64,000 nucleotides of DNA from Candidatus Dojkabacteria bacterium (GTDB lineage: Bacteria > Patescibacteriota > Dojkabacteria > SC72 > JAFGCJ01), in the NCBI GenBank assembly GCA_016932785.1, contig JAFGCJ010000002.1:273777-337776 (forward strand), read 5' to 3'. This document shows, one piece after another, positions 46,151-56,147 of the stretch; within the stretch, counting starts at the first letter, position 1; the number at the start of each line of letters is the position of its first letter. The notes under the pieces are model-generated. The model made no database searches and had not been told where the DNA came from. It saw only the letters and a program-made list of their open reading frames with translations. The translations under genes and the position numbers were made by a program.

Positions 46151-46607
46151 GAGTCTTTGTAAAATGAATGTATCGTGGATTAATGTATAACCACTTGTAA
46201 AAGGAAGGGTCGTATACATACCCTTCCTTGACCGGATTTCTCTCGATATACCTGATCAGCCTACGTAAACTGCTCTTTGTGAAAACAGATTTTGCTTGAT
46301 AACGCCCCTGAAAAGTATGCCCCACAAGCCTATATTTCAAATTGAAATATTTCGAATATGATGTTAAAAGTCTCTGCATAAGAATTGATATCTCATCGCC
46401 AAAACCCTGCCTAACAACCAAATGAAAATGATTATCCATAAGACAATATCCTATTAGCTCTATACCACAATCAAAGACAGTCCTCTTCAATTTACTAATA
46501 AAGAATAACCGGTCTATTCTCGACCGAAAAATCCTTTTTTTTCTATTACCACGATTGTATACATGATATATAACACCAGATTTATAGTCCCTCTTAACTC
46601 TATTCAT
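46137..46607 (-). mobile_element. REP-associated tyrosine transposase (RAYT; IS200/IS605 Y1 transposase-like)
   Basis: 156 aa. VIYHVYNRGN, the HUH motif LMDNHFHLVV, GHTFQGRYQAK and the catalytic-Tyr region LIRYIERNPVKEG. It is flanked on both sides by cognate palindromes. Confidence 0.85.
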
Positions 46608-46660
46608 AAAACCATTCTAAGGGCAAATTCTTAAGAATCCATTAACAAATATCCTTCCGG

Positions 46661-46685
46661 TGTCTGGCATAGGCTATGCCAGACA
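46661..46685. repeat. REP palindrome flanking the RAYT gene (5' side)
   Basis: TGTCTGGCATAG-G-CTATGCCAGACA has perfect 12-nt arms. It differs from the 46124 copy by an A>T change that is compensated in the other arm. Confidence 0.8.
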
Positions 46686-46686
46686 T

Positions 46687-46722
46687 AAAAAGAGAAAGCC
46701 CCTTTCGAGGCCCTCTCTTTAC
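46687..46722 (-). terminator. rho-independent terminator of the 46748..47014 gene
   Basis: Minus strand AAAGAGAGGGCC-UCGAAA-GGGGCUUUCUCUUU followed by UUUAU. Confidence 0.6.
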
Positions 46723-46747
46723 ACCACTTGAATAAAAGGAAATTTTC

Positions 46748-47014
46748 TTAGCTAACCCCTTCTTCTTGCTTTTTCTTTGCGGACAATGCAGCAAGTACAA
46801 GAATCAAAACAATCAATAAAACTAAGCAACAAACCAAACCGTAAGTAAGTCTTCCACCTTCAATCAAACGCTCAAAAAAGTTTTTCGTATCGTCATCGGT
46901 AGCACCAGAGACAGTCCCGTTATCTTTTGCAAAAACAACTGCCGACATGGCAATATTTCCAGAAACAAAGGCTTTACTAAAGGTTTCTTTAATTTTTGCT
47001 ACGATATTTTTCAT
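46748..47014 (-). CDS. small tail-anchored membrane protein
   Basis: 88-aa ORF with a C-terminal TM (LTYGLVCCLVLLIVLILVLAAL) and a terminator downstream. Confidence 0.45.
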   Translation of the reverse strand: MKNIVAKIKETFSKAFVSGNIAMSAVVFAKDNGTVSGATDDDTKNFFERLIEGGRLTYGLVCCLVLLIVLILVLAALSAKKKQEEGVS

Positions 47015-47081
47015 GGTCTTTTTATAAAAACTTGGTTAAAATTGATTAACCTGTTAATATTTTACTATAGATATATTACAG

Positions 47082-48617
47082 GTGTCAATACTACAGGATA
47101 TGCCAAAACAACAACCCGCCAACACTATAGGTGTAACAAGAAATCCTTTTACCAAGGTAACTTCCCTTGTTTTGACAATATCCGTTCTTATATACGGTTT
47201 AGTCGTTCGGATTGCAACAATAACCGATTTTAAAATATATAAAGATAGTTATAAATTTTTACTCCTTGCGAGAGCTTTTCAGCAGGGACAACCGATTTCG
47301 GAGATTTACCCAAATTATCCAGATTTCCTAGGCGTTGTTTTTTATAAGTGGCTTTACCCCTTCCTAATAGGGATTACAGCCCGAATCGTAGAGTTCTTCC
47401 AGTTTGACAAGGGGAATTTTCTAAGCAACAACTACTTTGAATATATAGCCAATGCAATAGTAATACTATCCTCAATCGCCACTCTATTTATTCTCTACAA
47501 GATCTGCAAGTCCTTGAAATTCACGAAAATACAGACATTAGGAACACTCATTCTATTCTGGCTTTCAGGAACTCAAATTATTTGGAATAGATTCATAATT
47601 ACAGATACACTGGCCGGCCTCATCGTGGCAATTGTCTTCTACATTTGGGTCAGAATTCTTGAAAATCCAAGAAAGCAAAGCCTAAAGACAAGAGTATCGC
47701 TTTGGTTATCATGTATTGCTGCGGCAATTTGCCGACCTGAACTTGCTGTTCTTTTAGTTTTTCCCATAGTTGTATCACTGCCTAATAACGCCACAACAAA
47801 ATCGGCGCTTACTTTTCACAAATGGACTAGAATATCATGGGGAGCATTTGTACTCATAACGGCAATCTCCTTTATTTTCTCAAAGATTTTTACAAGAAAT
47901 ATAAGTGGAGACATACTTCTATGGGGATTAATTGCCCTTCTTGCTGTTGATGTTTTCCTGAAGAAAACGGACAAATCGATTGTTATTCCAACATATGCTG
48001 CCCTGACAGTTGGAATACTTGAACTCATATATTTTCTATTCAATCCTTACATATCGAGATACATTGTAATTCTCATGCCACTCCTAACAATTCTCGGTGG
48101 GTATAGCCTAGGATTTACAATCAGGGACACCATTAAAAATTTAAACTCAGTACCCTCGAAACTACAGCGGTACATGGGTAAATCAGCGATCTTGGTCACA
48201 GCCGGAACTCTAATAGTAATTCAGTTTATATCGCCTTTTTTGGCAGGGCCCTCTGAAGAAAAAGACTATCAGGGAGAAGTAGCTGAAAAAGTCTGCGACT
48301 ACATAGACAAGGAAACCAAGAAAACTCCTGGTTCCATTGAGATTCTAGTTAAACAAGAGGAGGCATTCCTGTGGGAAGAAAAGTGTCATGACTACGACAT
48401 CCAGTATTATAAGGAAGGAATTCCTGAATCAGACGCCGACATGATATTTATCGTCTTCGAAAAGCACGCGATAAGTGATGTCGAGAGAGCAGCAATTATT
48501 GGTGATTACAAGGGTAATTTGTTCTACGAGATGTCTTTTGTTACTAAGGGGTTATATAGGGATGGTACGGTTGTTGAGAGTGATACTGAAGTTGAGGTTT
48601 TGGAGTTTGTGAGGTAG
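47082..48617 (+). CDS. polytopic membrane protein, GT-C (ArnT/PMT-like) glycosyltransferase candidate
   Basis: 511 aa with about 10 TM segments and a C-terminal soluble domain. GTG start; an ATG alternative is at 47100. The family call rests on topology and neighbourhood only. Confidence 0.45.
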   Translation: MSILQDMPKQQPANTIGVTRNPFTKVTSLVLTISVLIYGLVVRIATITDFKIYKDSYKFLLLARAFQQGQPISEIYPNYPDFLGVVFYKWLYPFLIGITARIVEFFQFDKGNFLSNNYFEYIANAIVILSSIATLFILYKICKSLKFTKIQTLGTLILFWLSGTQIIWNRFIITDTLAGLIVAIVFYIWVRILENPRKQSLKTRVSLWLSCIAAAICRPELAVLLVFPIVVSLPNNATTKSALTFHKWTRISWGAFVLITAISFIFSKIFTRNISGDILLWGLIALLAVDVFLKKTDKSIVIPTYAALTVGILELIYFLFNPYISRYIVILMPLLTILGGYSLGFTIRDTIKNLNSVPSKLQRYMGKSAILVTAGTLIVIQFISPFLAGPSEEKDYQGEVAEKVCDYIDKETKKTPGSIEILVKQEEAFLWEEKCHDYDIQYYKEGIPESDADMIFIVFEKHAISDVERAAIIGDYKGNLFYEMSFVTKGLYRDGTVVESDTEVEVLEFVR

Positions 48618-48825
48618 AGGGGAAAGAATTCACACATAAACAATCTATATTTCACAGAAAGGAACAGCAAGAGCAGCAGCAGAAATGACCCAAAGGGCCC
48701 ACCAAGATATTCACCAGTTCCAGTCCCGTTGGGACTGATGAATATCAAGGCTTCGTCCACCAGATCTTTCCCCACTTCGTTCATGGGACGTGAGAAAAAT
48801 TGGTGTCAGGTAAAGGTGCTGCGTC

Positions 48826-50460
48826 CTAGGGGTCTACCCCAAACGCAATTCCGCAGTAGGTTTCCGCTCCGTTGCTGTCGATAACGTAAGCCCGCACCGT
48901 GTGGTACGTGCCAGCACTCCAGTTTCCAACGAGCGCCGTCTGAGTGTTCACATTGAGATTCCGGTACATGTCCACGGTCCACCAGATTTCTTCTATCTCG
49001 GCTGTACTGGTAACATGGACTGTCGCGTAGATGTCCTGGTTCTTGGGAACATACCACCACGTCTCGAATCTGGTCGTTGGAGCCAGAGAGATATTACACT
49101 CGATCTGCTCCTGCATTTGCGACTGGTGCCCGTTCAATATCAAAGGGAGATACACCAGGCTTTGCTCTTCCCAGCAGGCTACACGAACATGCGCATAGGA
49201 ATTCCCGGTCTCTTCGTCGTCCGAGTATCCCTGGAGCCAACAACTGTTGCTAAGAGCCACCACATCGGGGTAATTAGCCCCGAAAAGCGCCTCGGGTACA
49301 ACAGTCTGGCTTTCTGTGATGACAACTCCATCGCGCTGGACGAGAGCCATCTGGAGACCCGACAGGTCTTCCAACGGGTTGCTCTGCGTCGTGATCGAGC
49401 GGTATGTGACGTTGATACCGACACTTGATTCCGTGACCGCCGGATACATTTCATGGCGATTGGTCACATCGGTCAGCGCCCAGTCCCGCAAGTGGACACC
49501 TGCAGAAGAGTACGTCGTACCAGAGATGTGCCACGTAGCTCCGGGAACCTCATCCTCGTGAGCCCAGGTCACATGGACACGCCCGTTCCCGTCAATCGCA
49601 ACGTCAGGAAACTGATCGAACCCCGCCAAGAGCAAGTCCTCTCTGTGAGCGACCGCTGCATTCGACGGATCCAGCCAAGCGACACTTACGTCTCGCCGGC
49701 ATTCTGCAACCCCACAGCTATCATTGTAGTACCTACTGCTGTGATAGGCCGCAACGATCAAAGTATCACCATCTACCTGTCGCGAAGCCATGCGAACAGC
49801 AGAAGCTGTCCCGGCAGCTCCGGCAGGAGATACCGATCGCTCAGACCCGACAGTCGCAATGCCGGCACTCACAGTCACGGGAACCGCGTCTAGTTCTTGG
49901 TTGTGGCGATACACTACGACCCAGGAGTTCCCACCAGCATACGCCAGGGCGATACCGCCAAGGTTGGTCGACACCGAAGGAGTAAACGTCACTGTAGGAG
50001 CTAGCACTGTGCCTCCCACATTGTAGTGGGTGCACCTCACCGCACCCGGACCCGAGGTCCCAGCGACATACTCCGACCAGCAAACTATTACCTGCTGGCC
50101 ATTCCAAGAGCTCGCGATCTTTACGCGCGCGCCGTTTCCTGTCACCGTATACACCCCTTGAACTGTTACCGTCTTGTTCAACACTATGAGATCGCTCATC
50201 GTGACGGTTCCATCTGAGGCATAATCAGCGGCTAGAACTCGGCTATCCGACAGATTAACAAGTTCGACATGTGCCCCTGATCCCAAGTCCAAGACAGGAC
50301 CGAGTACGATGCTTTCGTTTCCAGCAGCCAACACATCGTCGGCAGTGCTCTGGGAAGAGGGGGCAGCGACCACATTCTCGCCTGGAAGGGCCAGAATAAG
50401 CGCCACCAATCCAACAACAGCGGCCAAAACCGCAATACATACATTCAATTTCTTGTTCAT
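48826..50460 (-). CDS. secreted hypothetical protein (strongly G+C-rich ORFan)
   Basis: Track ORF trimmed to Met56 (MNKKLNVCIAVLAAVVGLVALILALP.., a signal peptide), which is preceded by AAGGAG. A spot count gives 35/60 G+C at 49861-49920. Many alternate-frame shadow ORFs are present. Confidence 0.65.
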   Translation of the reverse strand: MNKKLNVCIAVLAAVVGLVALILALPGENVVAAPSSQSTADDVLAAGNESIVLGPVLDLGSGAHVELVNLSDSRVLAADYASDGTVTMSDLIVLNKTVTVQGVYTVTGNGARVKIASSWNGQQVIVCWSEYVAGTSGPGAVRCTHYNVGGTVLAPTVTFTPSVSTNLGGIALAYAGGNSWVVVYRHNQELDAVPVTVSAGIATVGSERSVSPAGAAGTASAVRMASRQVDGDTLIVAAYHSSRYYNDSCGVAECRRDVSVAWLDPSNAAVAHREDLLLAGFDQFPDVAIDGNGRVHVTWAHEDEVPGATWHISGTTYSSAGVHLRDWALTDVTNRHEMYPAVTESSVGINVTYRSITTQSNPLEDLSGLQMALVQRDGVVITESQTVVPEALFGANYPDVVALSNSCWLQGYSDDEETGNSYAHVRVACWEEQSLVYLPLILNGHQSQMQEQIECNISLAPTTRFETWWYVPKNQDIYATVHVTSTAEIEEIWWTVDMYRNLNVNTQTALVGNWSAGTYHTVRAYVIDSNGAETYCGIAFGVDP

Positions 50461-50877
50461 TTCGTAGCTCCTTTTTTTTCGTGTCTGATTTTTGAACTTT
50501 ATTAACACCTTTTTACCTGATTTGCCCGTTTTAGCTAGCGGATATACTAAAGACAAAAATCTACCAAAATGATGAGGCCTTGAACCACCTCTTATCCCCA
50601 GTATATCCGCTGCTATAACAAGCAACTTTTTTCTGCTGCTGCTTTACTAAAACCGATAGCTATTTTCTCGTGGTCTACCATTAAATAAGGTAAGCACACA
50701 ACAAGCCATCGTAAATAGCATTATAACCTTTAATAAAGCAACTTTATCAAAGAACTAATTAATTGCTATATAAAATTATTATACCAGATACAGCCAATAA
50801 ATTAAATACACTATAGGTTGTCACGAGGCGCTATTTCTGATATACTTTCACCATATATTAACTATTTACTAGCCAAA

Positions 50878-52344
50878 ATGAACGCGATTAGCCAAGGCCT
50901 AAAAAGTAAGCTCATTATGGGATATAGAATTCTCATAATTCTAGCGATACCACTTCTATTCGGAGCATACCTTTGGTTCAGGAATACCTTACCCTTAGGT
51001 TATTCTAAACGATATGAAATTCAAATTGGAACAAACGATGACAACCAGTCAAAGGCCTGCTATTTCAGAAATCAAGTTGCAGATGGAAGAATGAGTGAGA
51101 CATTCACAATGAATAACGACTTTTACAGAAAACTTTACAGCGGACCAATATATGTTGTCTGCAATCCTTCCCTACAAACTGAAGATATTGACAGTATAGA
51201 GTTCACTGCAACATTCAAATCTGACCAAAGTATCCAGATTGGAATGACAGATTACGATAGTTATTACTATCAAAGCCTTTACCTTACAAATATCTTTGGA
51301 TGGAATCACGTAAGACTTCCAGATAATACTGATATTTATTCTCAAAACAAAATCGGCAGAAAAGACGAGATTACCTTAGAGGAGTGGCTCAAAAACAACG
51401 TTAAAGACAGCAATCCCAGGGTTGGCATAACAAAAGATATCAAAATTGCACCAGAAATCATTTATGACGAAACCGAAATCGAATCACTGGCAAAGCCCGG
51501 CAAAACCACCTCTATCAGCACTCCGATCAGAGGTGGCAACTACACTATCTATACAGTACTCCAAGATGAAATTGCCATCAATGTAACCAAAAGAGATTTC
51601 AATAGATCCAAAGGTTCAGACCAAATAGAACTCATTCTTTTCGATCACGAGGGAAATGAAATAGATAATCAGACAATCGCCGACGATGGAACCACAGGAA
51701 CCAGGGACACAAACTCTGAATCCACTCAGTCAGCTCAAATCAATAAAAAGAGCATTAAGACAGGCCTCTACACTCTTGAAGTCAATAGCGGCTCAGACCT
51801 ACAAATAGAGGATATAACAATCAATTCAGAAAAGGTCGTCTTCAAAGGCTTTATATATCCCCTTTCACAAGTAACAATTTTCACGAAAACCGACATATCA
51901 AGTAGAATCGAGTTTTATTCCCACAGAAATGACACTAGTCAGAAAGCTACGGTTAACGACGGAAGAGAGTTTATTGTTGGTCAGCAAGGTACAAAAGAAA
52001 TAAATCTTACAGAGGAATCCAACACTATTGCAATCGAAGAAGGAGGAATACAGATTCTTGGAACAACATACTTTTCGTTTACAGAAGATCAGTATTTCCT
52101 TCCATCACAATATTACCTGACCAAAAGCATCAGCGATGAAAACGACCTTAATATACTGAAAAACTACTCAAACCCTCAATCAAGAGCACATGATTTTGTT
52201 GAAGTAACTCAGATTATTTCAAAAGAGGATTTCATTTTCGCAGAAGACAATATTGTTATTTTTGCTATTAACTTCGAACCCGACGGGTCGCCAATAATTC
52301 TTGGCGATATTGCAGTAAAGTTTGAAAAATTCAGAGATAACTAA
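50878..52344 (+). CDS. membrane-anchored hypothetical protein
   Basis: ATG at 50878 is preferred over the TTG at 50818. TM ILIILAIPLLFGAYLWF. The stop overlaps the next gene's ATG by 1 nt (TAATG). Confidence 0.55.
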   Translation: MNAISQGLKSKLIMGYRILIILAIPLLFGAYLWFRNTLPLGYSKRYEIQIGTNDDNQSKACYFRNQVADGRMSETFTMNNDFYRKLYSGPIYVVCNPSLQTEDIDSIEFTATFKSDQSIQIGMTDYDSYYYQSLYLTNIFGWNHVRLPDNTDIYSQNKIGRKDEITLEEWLKNNVKDSNPRVGITKDIKIAPEIIYDETEIESLAKPGKTTSISTPIRGGNYTIYTVLQDEIAINVTKRDFNRSKGSDQIELILFDHEGNEIDNQTIADDGTTGTRDTNSESTQSAQINKKSIKTGLYTLEVNSGSDLQIEDITINSEKVVFKGFIYPLSQVTIFTKTDISSRIEFYSHRNDTSQKATVNDGREFIVGQQGTKEINLTEESNTIAIEEGGIQILGTTYFSFTEDQYFLPSQYYLTKSISDENDLNILKNYSNPQSRAHDFVEVTQIISKEDFIFAEDNIVIFAINFEPDGSPIILGDIAVKFEKFRDN

Positions 52345-54215
52345 TGACAATAGAACTTCAACTCAAAAACCGAAAAAACTGGGTACTGTTCCTTTTGTAC
52401 ATAGGACTCATTCTTACAACGTTAATTGCAAGCATCTCAGAGCTAATAGGAATTAAGTACATTTCAACGTTTATTACTGCAAGACCACTGATAATAATCT
52501 CTATACTTGCTTCTCTTGTCGCTGTTTTCATCTTTAGGGATGACCTTAAGAGCATTATCAATCAGTGGTCAGAAACAACAGAAAGGAAAATTACCCCAAA
52601 TCAGATATTTACTTCAAACATATTAATGGGTTTCATCTTTATTGGTACCCTATTAAGGTCACTGAATCTCGATGCATTCGATCTTCACCCTGATGAGGCT
52701 ATTGTTTATTTTGTTGCAAGGAACATCAACAGAACAGGGTACGCAATACTAGATTCCGGACTTTTCTATGCCAGAGGAATACTCCAGGAATACCTGATTT
52801 CTTTTTTAATAAAGAACTCCGGTTCAAGTGAGACAATCCTGAGAGTTCCCAGTGTAATAGCAGGAATCATCGTTATCATCGCTGCTTACTTTCTTGGTAA
52901 AAAGCTAAAAAACAACATCTTAGGTATACTGACATCTTTATATATAGCCATATCAGGCTGGCAAATAATCTTTTCGAGATACGCCAGGATGTATATCTTC
53001 TTTCAACTATCTTTTGTAGCATACATTATTTTCTTCTACCAGGGACTTGTTGAAAAAAAGGTTTTTTACAACATTCTAACTGTTATAACAGGTATAGCGT
53101 GTATTTTCCTCTATGAAATGTCACCTGTAATATTTTTACCCTTCATATTCCTTTTGATCTATAACTATAGGAAATGCCTTAAAGACCCGAGATTCTGGAT
53201 TTCTAGCACAATCCTGATTTTTACCTTTATCATCTATAAGTACATGTCCAATATCGGAATGGTTCAGATGCGAGGCGCAGGAACACAGGATCTTCTTGAA
53301 AGATCCATAGGTGGGTATAGCGGCGGAAATCTATCAGCTTACCCGCTTTCACTGCTTCAGATGTTTCCTATGCTTACATTGTTTTTGATAGCAGGAGCCG
53401 CCATTTTCATTATCATTAAAAAGAGAAACCTATACTACAAATATCTAGGATGGACATTTTTAAGCAGTTTGACGCTAGTTACAATTACTGACCTGATTGG
53501 CGCAAAAAATCAGCCCAGATACATATTTTTTCTGTTCCCTATATTCGTGACTCTTGCGATATACGGTCTGTACTGCATTTCCTCTTTTATAGCATGGTTA
53601 ATATCAAAAACCTACGATGTAATAACAGATATAACCGAATATACAAAAGAGAGAAGCTATCCCCTGATTATAGCCGTGATTCAGCTATGCATATTTTTAA
53701 TGCTTTTCTTTTCAAACGACGTAGAAATTGGCTTAACACTATGGAATGAACAGAAAACAGGAACTGAGTCATTCGGAATGTACGATATTACAACAACAAT
53801 TAGACACCTCCCAGACTGGGAAAATGCAGCCGAATATGTATCAAAAAATTACTCGGAAAATGATGTAATTATTACTACGGCAGAGTTAAGTCTTCTACCT
53901 CAGTATTACCTCAAAGACAAGATTATCGATTACTGGCTAAGAACAGAAAACTGGGAAGAGTCAACCTTTACAACCCAAGATGGTAGAAAACTGGATATCT
54001 ATCAGGGAGTTGACATTCTAAATACCAAAAGTGCGCTAGAGAATGTCATTGCTCACAACGAACGAGTGTGGATACTAACCAACCACTCAATATTCATTGA
54101 GGGACACAACAAACCCGAAGTCATAAAATTTTTCCGTGAAAACGAAGACCATATTGAATTCGAATCTGGTCAGGAATCAAAGGTATACCTTTTCGATAGA
54201 AACGCTGAGGAGTAA
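52344..54215 (+). CDS. GT-C family glycosyltransferase (ArnT / PMT_2-like)
   Basis: 623 aa, polytopic. The first extracytoplasmic loop FDLHPDEAIVYFVARNI carries the D-E-type motif typical of ArnT/PMT enzymes. There is a C-terminal soluble domain. Confidence 0.6.
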   Translation: MTIELQLKNRKNWVLFLLYIGLILTTLIASISELIGIKYISTFITARPLIIISILASLVAVFIFRDDLKSIINQWSETTERKITPNQIFTSNILMGFIFIGTLLRSLNLDAFDLHPDEAIVYFVARNINRTGYAILDSGLFYARGILQEYLISFLIKNSGSSETILRVPSVIAGIIVIIAAYFLGKKLKNNILGILTSLYIAISGWQIIFSRYARMYIFFQLSFVAYIIFFYQGLVEKKVFYNILTVITGIACIFLYEMSPVIFLPFIFLLIYNYRKCLKDPRFWISSTILIFTFIIYKYMSNIGMVQMRGAGTQDLLERSIGGYSGGNLSAYPLSLLQMFPMLTLFLIAGAAIFIIIKKRNLYYKYLGWTFLSSLTLVTITDLIGAKNQPRYIFFLFPIFVTLAIYGLYCISSFIAWLISKTYDVITDITEYTKERSYPLIIAVIQLCIFLMLFFSNDVEIGLTLWNEQKTGTESFGMYDITTTIRHLPDWENAAEYVSKNYSENDVIITTAELSLLPQYYLKDKIIDYWLRTENWEESTFTTQDGRKLDIYQGVDILNTKSALENVIAHNERVWILTNHSIFIEGHNKPEVIKFFRENEDHIEFESGQESKVYLFDRNAEE

Positions 54216-54230
54216 ATTTCTGTTGTCGGA

Positions 54231-54956
54231 TTAAGCTTCTCCATAAAAATATACCATAAAGGAGAATTTCTTTAGTATCGGGATCTTCTCCAGTATTGCA
54301 TCAATTCTATCATACAAGGGAAAAAGTGCCTTAGGAAAAGGCAAAGTGTAAAGAAAATTACCAACCTCAATAGTCCTAAAACCATACATTTCTCCCCACT
54401 TTTTCATATTCTTCTTGGTTATTTGCAGCATTCCCCGTTCCTCAGGTATTGTAAGAATTTCCCAAGTATTCTTCGGGAATAATCTATTCGGCTCCATAAA
54501 AACTGCCCTTCCACCAGGTTTAAGGATTCTTTTCACTTCTTTGACCGCCTCTACAGGATCAGGAATGTGATGCAAAGTTGTGGCATAAAACACGCAATCA
54601 AAACAGTTATCGGGAAACTTTGTCTTTTGCCCATTGTCCACAGTGAGAGTAACCCTGTTGTATTTTTTCAGCTTATCTTCGGAAATCTTTATCATTTCAT
54701 ATGAAATATCAATTCCGTGAAAATCAAGACTGGGAAACCTCCTCATCAGATGTTTAGCGTGAATAGCTGAGCCGATTCCAATCTCCAGTATTCTTTCTGT
54801 ACCTTCGAGTCGCAGTAGATCAATTATTTTATCTAATTTCTTGATATGATTCCTATTCTCACGACTGATTATCTTATCAACGAAATCATACTCCTGGGCC
54901 GTTTTGTTATGGTATTCCTTTTGTTTCTGAAGTTCATCGTTATTTTTTTCTACCAT
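54231..54956 (-). CDS. class I SAM-dependent methyltransferase
   Basis: Motif I ILEIGIGSAIHA. DCVFYATTLHHIPD and LKPGGRAVFMEP are typical of the Methyltransf_11/25 type. Confidence 0.8.
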   Translation of the reverse strand: MVEKNNDELQKQKEYHNKTAQEYDFVDKIISRENRNHIKKLDKIIDLLRLEGTERILEIGIGSAIHAKHLMRRFPSLDFHGIDISYEMIKISEDKLKKYNRVTLTVDNGQKTKFPDNCFDCVFYATTLHHIPDPVEAVKEVKRILKPGGRAVFMEPNRLFPKNTWEILTIPEERGMLQITKKNMKKWGEMYGFRTIEVGNFLYTLPFPKALFPLYDRIDAILEKIPILKKFSFMVYFYGEA

Positions 54957-56108
54957 TTACTCACACAAAAATTTAACATACTTCTCGGCCACAGATTTTA
55001 TAGTAAAATCTCTACTCATTTCTCTGCTCTTCTCGCCATATTTTATTCGCAAATTACGGTCATTAACAATCTTTTCAATTTTTTGAGCTAGGTCGTCACT
55101 ATCCGCAACCCTAGCAAAGATACCATTTACACCTTCCTTGACAATATCCTCTGCTCCTCCACATTTCGTGCTGACTATTGGCAATCCTGTATACATAGCC
55201 TCAACTAACACAATTCCAAACCCTTCGTGCAGAGAAGACATAACATAAATGTCACTTGCTTCTAAATACTGAAATTTCTCTTCGTCTGATAATCTTCCAA
55301 GAAAATGGACTCTTTCTCGGACACCCAGTTTTTCAGCAAGATTTTCCAGGATTTTTTTGTCTGGACCTTCGCTGACAATTAACGATTCTACGTTTTCCGG
55401 AAGTTTCGCCAAAGCCTCAATTAGATAGTTATATCCTTTTCTGCCTATTATTCTACCAACAGAAATCAGATAAAGCTTAGATTCATCGAGACCTAACTGT
55501 TCACGAGATTTCTTGTCATATTCACAAAACACGCTACCAAGGCTCAAAACGTCAATCTCCTTTTTTATCCCAAACCATTCGCGAGCCTTAGTCTTGACAT
55601 CATTACTTATTGCACTTAGTCTATTCGAAAGTAGTGTAACAAGGTGAACTGTCCACCTAAAGAAAAACCACCTGTGAGGAGACCAAACTTGATCAGGTTT
55701 GTATAAATCTCCACCAACAATTGTCAGATAATGTTTTCTTTTAAAGAGTTTCGCCAGTACCAATCCGAGAACTCCCGATGGAACAGCAAACCACGAGTAC
55801 ACAATATCGTACTTATTCTTTCTCATTAATTCGAGTCCCTTCAGAAAACCCAAAATTGGAAACGTCACCAGTGTCACAAGGGGAGCATTACTCCAGGATG
55901 ATCTTCCAACCGACCTGATTCTATATACCCTAATACCATTAATTTTTTCCTCCTTACTAAGATCGGACGAGCCTGCGGTCAAAACGTCTACCTCTATATT
56001 GGAACATTTCCTTTTAGCTTCCTCAAATATTTGCTTACAGGCAATACCTCCACCGCCACCGAGTGGTGGATATTCATAGTTTACAAGTAGAATATGGTAA
56101 TTCCTCAT
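54957..56108 (-). CDS. glycosyltransferase family 4 (GT-B)
   Basis: Start at MRNYHILLVNYEYPPLGGGGG. The C-terminal EGFGIVLVEAMYTGLPIVSTKCGGAEDIV is the GT4 E-x7-E region. Confidence 0.85.
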   Translation of the reverse strand: MRNYHILLVNYEYPPLGGGGGIACKQIFEEAKRKCSNIEVDVLTAGSSDLSKEEKINGIRVYRIRSVGRSSWSNAPLVTLVTFPILGFLKGLELMRKNKYDIVYSWFAVPSGVLGLVLAKLFKRKHYLTIVGGDLYKPDQVWSPHRWFFFRWTVHLVTLLSNRLSAISNDVKTKAREWFGIKKEIDVLSLGSVFCEYDKKSREQLGLDESKLYLISVGRIIGRKGYNYLIEALAKLPENVESLIVSEGPDKKILENLAEKLGVRERVHFLGRLSDEEKFQYLEASDIYVMSSLHEGFGIVLVEAMYTGLPIVSTKCGGAEDIVKEGVNGIFARVADSDDLAQKIEKIVNDRNLRIKYGEKSREMSRDFTIKSVAEKYVKFLCE

Positions 56109-56147
56109 TAAAAAATAGTACCAAAGTAAATACCAACAATACAAGAA

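Noticed and set aside
48524-48784. 86-aa minus-strand ORF downstream of the G+C-rich gene (MNEVGKDLVDEALIFISPNG..LLLLLLF..).
   Set aside because: Its last ~30 codons overlap the 3' end of the convergent 47082..48617 gene. It has no clear RBS, and its poly-Leu derives from the (CAG)n repeat. Evidence is insufficient to call it.
48806-50444. Numerous 60-175-aa ORFs in other frames and strands across the G+C-rich gene (e.g. 48901..49428, 49453..49893, 49841..50107). Similar clusters occur at 12113-13199, 31437-33055 and 42538-43556.
   Set aside because: They overlap a much longer ORF that has an RBS and signal peptide. They are the expected stop-codon-poor shadow frames of G+C-rich DNA and have no start context of their own.
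50461-50625. Long N-terminal extensions suggested by the track for 48826..50625, 2261..3199, 3263..3952, 44277..44663, 44788..46119, 54957..56144 and 57595..58839.
   Set aside because: Internal Met codons with a Shine-Dalgarno sequence and/or a signal peptide or TM helix, or family-typical N-termini, fit better. The extensions run through intergenic-looking or upstream-gene sequence.
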